64,000 bases of DNA from the human T2T-CHM13v2.0 reference genome, Homo sapiens, in the NCBI RefSeq assembly GCF_009914755.1, contig NC_060944.1, one strand, 5' to 3'. The first letter of the stretch is position 1; each line of letters begins with the position of its first letter. Positions 50,877-64,000 of the stretch are shown in pieces. Below the pieces are notes generated by a model. That model was given only the letters and a program-made list of their open reading frames with translations. It was not told where the DNA came from and made no database searches. The position numbers were made by a program, and so were the translations under genes.

Positions 50877-51454
50877 GACAAGCCAGTCTCCTTCCTCCCC
50901 CATCGATTTTGCACATCACTGGGGATTTATTTTTCTAGTACATTATGTTTCTAGAATTCCAGTGGTTGTTGAATATCCATGGCAGTTACTGTTTACTGTT
51001 TGTTTTTTTTTTAAAGCACAGGATCTTTCGGCTTCCCAAACAGTGTTACTGCTCAGATCCCTGTGCACAGTGTACAAGTCAGATCTAATAGGTGCTAACT
51101 GAAGTCAAAGAGAAGGCCCTGGAAAATATCACTCTGAAATCCACCTCCCCACTCCCTGATCCCCAGGTCCCTGTGTCCAAACCACAGGAATTTGAAACTG
51201 TGGAACTCAGCTAAAAATCAGAGATCTTATTCTGGTATTCCAAGGACTTAGGAGTTAAGTAACTTGCCCAAGATTACACAGCTGCAAAACCCCGGATCTC
51301 CCAAACCCTTTGCATTTTTGTCCTAAGGCCACAGTCACAGCATTTCCTACCAAAGCCCAGCCCAGATCCACCCACTTTCTGATTTTTCTTGCCTTATTCA
51401 CACCTGAGAATAAACACCTCTCTGCCAGTTAAAACTGTATTTTCAAACAGGGTT

Positions 51455-52025
<571 letters not shown>

Positions 52026-52474
52026 CAGGGTTTATAAGTAGTAAGAAAAGGCAGTTGGTGTCTTTTCCCCCTCTTCTGTCCTCCAGTTCTCTCCAAAATG
52101 GTGCATTTATCTTAGACAAGGTGACAGGTGGGGGGCAGGGAACGGAGGGGTGGCACAAAATGGTGCATTTGGTAAAACACTGAAGACAAGCTTACTCCAG
52201 GATAAAACTGGCAAAAGGTTGAAGACCAGGTTACTCCAAGATAAAGTTCTACCTCCTTCACCGCCTGGTCTCCAGGTCTGCATCTCCTGGTCACAGTCTC
52301 TGCAAGGTAAGCTTTTACCTTATCTCTCTGCCTGTTCCAGGGAAGCCTCCTTCCTGCCAAGTTGGTGTTCACCTTCACCTGAATTCACCCTTGTTTTCCT
52401 GCCTACCATGGGGCCATGGGGGCCCTTGTTCACTCCATCTCCTATATGCTGAGAATGGCCTTGTTTAATGAGGC

Positions 52475-53745
52475 TTTTTTTTTTTTTTTGAGACAGGGTC
52501 TCACTCTGTTGCCCAGGCTGGAGTGCAGTGGCACTATCTTGGCTTACTGCAAACTCTGCCTCCCAGGCTCAAGTGATTCTCCTGCCTCAGCCTCCTGAGT
52601 ACCTGGGATTACAGGTGTGTGCCACCACACCCAGCTAATTTTTGTATTTTTGGTGGAGATGGGGTTTTACCATGTTGGCCAGGCTGGTCTGGAACTCCTG
52701 ACCTCAGGTGGTCCACCTGCCTCAGCCTCCCAAAGTGCTGGGATTGCAGGTGTGAGCCACCTTGCCCAGCTAGTTTAAAATTTTTATTTTATTTAGAGAT
52801 AGGATCTTACTCTGTTGCCCAGGCTGGAGTGCAGTGGCATAATCATAGCTCACAGTAACCTTGAACTCCTGGGTTCAAGCAATCCTCCCATGTCAGCCTC
52901 CCCAGCAGGCAGGACTATGGCATGCAGCACCATACCTGGCTAATTTTTGTATTTTTGCAGAATCAGGGGTCTCACTATATGTCCAGGCTAGTCTTGAACT
53001 CCTGGCCTCAAGTGATTCTCCTGCCTTAGCCTGTCAGGGATCTGGGATTACAGGCATGAGCCATGCCCGGCCATATTTAATGGGTTTTGTTCTGTTTTTT
53101 TAAGATGGGATCTTGCTCTGTTACCCAGACTGGAGCACAGTGGTGAGATCATGGCTCACTGCAGCCTTGACCTCCTGGGCTCAAGCAGTCCTCCTGCCTC
53201 AGCCTCCCAAGTAGCTAGGACCACAGGCATGCACCATCACTTCCAGATTTTTTTTTACTTTTCTAAGAGATGGTGGGGGCAGGGAGTGGGGAGGTCTCTC
53301 CATGTTGCCCAGACTGGTCTCAAACTTCTGGCCTTAAGTGATCCTCCTGCCTCAGCTTCCCAAAGTGTTGGAATTACAGTCTAAGCTACTGTACCCAGCC
53401 AAGATATTTAAAGTGACAAACAGATTTTTTTTGTTGTTGTTGTTTTTGTTTTTTGTTTTTTTTATTGAGACAGAGTCTCACTCTGTTGCCAGGCTGGAGT
53501 GCAGTGGTGTGATCTCAGCTCACTCACTGCAACCTCCGATTTCTGGGTTCAAGCGATTCTCCTGCCTCAGCCTCCCGAGTAGCTGGGATTACAGGCACAC
53601 ACCACCACACCCGGATAATTTTTGTATTTTTATTAGAGACAGGGTTTCACCATGTTGGCCAGGATGGTCTTGATCTGACCTCATGATCCACCTGCCTCAG
53701 CCTCCCAAGATGCTGGGATTACAGGCGTGAGTCACCGTGCCCGAC
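52475..53745 (-). mobile_element. Four tandem minus-strand Alus (52475-52770, 52780-53072, 53085-53400, 53425-53745)
   Basis: Alu consensus, S and J types. Confidence 0.88.
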
Positions 53746-53964
53746 GATAGTCTTTAATGGATGTAAGTGGGGGTATTTTGGAAATTAACAGCTCTTTTCC
53801 CATGTCTTTTTGAGGTTGTGGCTCATCAGAGACAAAAAAAAGCATCTTTTTTTAGGTTTTTTTTTTTTTTTTTTTTTTTTGCCACCTGTCCTTGTTGGTC
53901 CAATCCCTACAAGAGAAGGGAAATGAGGAACTCTTCTTAAGCTTTGGACTCTGTATGGTAGACT

Positions 53965-58970
<5,006 letters not shown>

Positions 58971-58996
58971 AAGGAGATGTGGTATTTTTTCTGAAG

Positions 58997-59155
58997 CAGC
59001 ACTTCTCAAACTTTCATGTACAATGTATCCCCTGGGGATCTTGTTAAAATGCAGTTGCTGAGTCAGTGGCCTGGGATGGGGCCGGAGAATCTACACGCCT
59101 CACAAGCTCCTGTGTTGGGATGAAGCTGGTTCCAGGGCCCCACTTAAAGAAGCAG
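58997..59155. mobile_element. MER5A/B fragment
   Basis: cttctcaaactttcatgtaca...cctggggatcttgttaaaatgcag..ctgagtcagtggcctgggatggggcc. Confidence 0.7.
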
Positions 59156-59417
59156 CCTTCCAGAGAACTCTGCCCCAGGGCTCCTGAGATGGAAGTGAAG
59201 GCCCCAGCCCAGAGGACCCTGCGTGAAGGTTCAGTGTTGGAGCCTGCAGATGCTGACAGTGCCTGCAGCTTTCCTGCCTATTTTAGGACTTGCTAGAAGC
59301 TTGGCATGTCCTAAAAACCCTTTTTCAAGAGTCTCTCCCCAGCTGCTGCTAGCGGGATTTTTTTTTTAACTCTCTATCCTATTTAACCTCCTCACTGATG
59401 ACCTTTTAATGCGTAAC

Positions 59418-60582
<1,165 letters not shown>

Positions 60583-60612
60583 TTCCCTTTTTCTCTCAGG
60601 ACTTATTTTCAC

Positions 60613-60649
60613 ATTGGCTGGGGTGTGGGTGGGCCGCCGCCATTTTATA
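60613..60649. promoter_or_regulatory. Candidate cis-element cluster (reverse CCAAT, KLF GGGTGTGGG, YY1 GCCGCCATTTT, reverse TATAAAA)
   Basis: attggctggggtgtgggtgggccgccgccattttata in sequence I could not assign to a repeat. Confidence 0.4.
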
Positions 60650-61109
60650 TTCCCAGCTTCCTTCTGGCTCCCCAGGAATCCTCAGCTGGGGTGAGGATGA
60701 CACTGAACGAATCTCACATTCCCCAGGAGACTGGGAAAAACAACTGCTTCAGTTCTCTGTCGGATCACAGGCTCTAGCTTGCATATTCGATTTGCTGGGG
60801 CAGTGTTGATGTCTCCTACCCTGCAGGCCCATGTAAGAAGATGCATGTCATGAATTCCATGCACTCTTTGGATTGGGAGGCAACAAACACTGATGAGAAT
60901 CAGGAGGGGCTGAAGAGGAGCCAGGGGATCTAGGGTCACCCAGACATCTCTGGGAGGCAGTTCACTCAGGGTATGGTGGTCATATCTGGGCTGCTCCATG
61001 GAGGCACTGGCATCAGGAGCTTAAAACAGACTCCTGTGTTCCCTTTTGTGCTCATCAGCAATGTCCTTGGTGCCTGGACCGGTTTAGTAGAGAAGGAGAT
61101 GTTCCTGCT

Positions 61110-62600
<1,491 letters not shown>

Positions 62601-62606
62601 TAAAAG

Positions 62607-63251
<645 letters not shown>

Positions 63252-63369
63252 TTAATAGTTGGGAAGTTGGTCATATTATGTCTTTTTCCTAAATACATGC
63301 AGAGGTAAGAGACCTAACCCTGGGAGTGTGTTTGGAGGAATGAATGCTTTAAAATCAATCCCAGAATCG

Positions 63370-63980
63370 GTAAGTGTAATGCACAACAGTAACTGAATGA
63401 CAGACAAAAACCACATGATCATCTTAGTCAATGCACAAAAAGCTTTTGAAAAAGTTCAACACGCTTTCATGATTAAAAAAAAAATGCAGCAAACTAGAAA
63501 TAGAAGAAAACTACCACAATATGATAGCCATATATGAAAACCCCATAGTTAAATCATACTCAATGATGCAAGACAAACTTTTTCCTCGAAGATCAGGAAC
63601 AAGACAAGAATGCCCACTTTCACCACTTCCATACCACGTAGTCTTGGAATTTCTAGATAGAGCAATTAGGCAAAAAGGAAGAAAAGGAAAGAAAAGAAAA
63701 AAGAAAAGGAAAAGGAGGGAATAGAAAGAAAAGAAGAAAGAAAGAAAATGCATCCAAATTGGAAAGGAAGAAGGAAAATTATTATTCATAGATTATATGA
63801 TCTTAGAAAACCCTAAAGATTCCACAAAAAACCCTTTGGAACTACTAAACAAATTTGGCAAAGCAGCAGGACACAAAAGCAATACATGAAAATCAGTTGT
63901 GTTACTATATACTAACAAAGAACAATCTGAAAATGAAATTAAGAAAATAATTCTATTTATAATAGCATAAAAAGAATACA
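63370..63980 (+). mobile_element. L1M ORF2 (reverse transcriptase region) fragment, degenerate; another Alu starts at the window edge
   Basis: aaaaccacatgatcatctt..atgcacaaaaagcttttga; agatcaggaacaagacaagaatgcccactttcaccac; translates to RSGTRQECPLSPL (L1 RT G-T-R-Q-G-C-P-L-S-P motif). Confidence 0.85.
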
Positions 63981-64000
63981 GCTGGGTGCGGTGTCTCACG

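Noticed and set aside
63521-63724. Reverse-transcriptase-like ORF
   Set aside because: Short degenerate piece of an old L1 ORF2 interrupted by stops and a purine tract.

Overview
Primate, almost certainly human, genomic DNA: it is extremely Alu-dense (AluJ/S/Y) and carries a full-length SVA with SVA_F-like hallmarks. No intact protein-coding exon can be supported; nearly all listed ORFs are translations of Alu, SVA, microsatellite or GC-rich island sequence. The one gene-associated landmark is a CpG island (~18200-19300) with GC boxes, a YY1 motif and a probable non-coding first exon on the minus strand (donor CAG|GTGAGA at 18828). That makes 1-18827 most likely intron 1 of a gene I cannot name, and 19000-64000 upstream or intergenic sequence. 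The rest is layered repeats: fragmented old L1M, L2, MIR, MaLR/ERVL LTRs and DNA-transposon relics (Tigger4, MER58, MER5, MER102), heavily re-invaded by Alus. I found no evidence of a novel multi-gene system. The most unusual observations are structural. (1) An RPS21 processed pseudogene is split into two opposite-orientation halves by an inversion bounded by a perfect 28-bp inverted repeat. (2) Two inverted, diverged AluJ left arms ~2 kb apart share the same non-Alu insert, including a 37-bp perfect match. (3) A full-length young SVA has a perfect 15-bp TSD. (4) A compact CCAAT/KLF/YY1/TATA motif cluster lies at ~60.6 kb. Repeat family calls are from recalled consensus sequences, and old-element boundaries are approximate.
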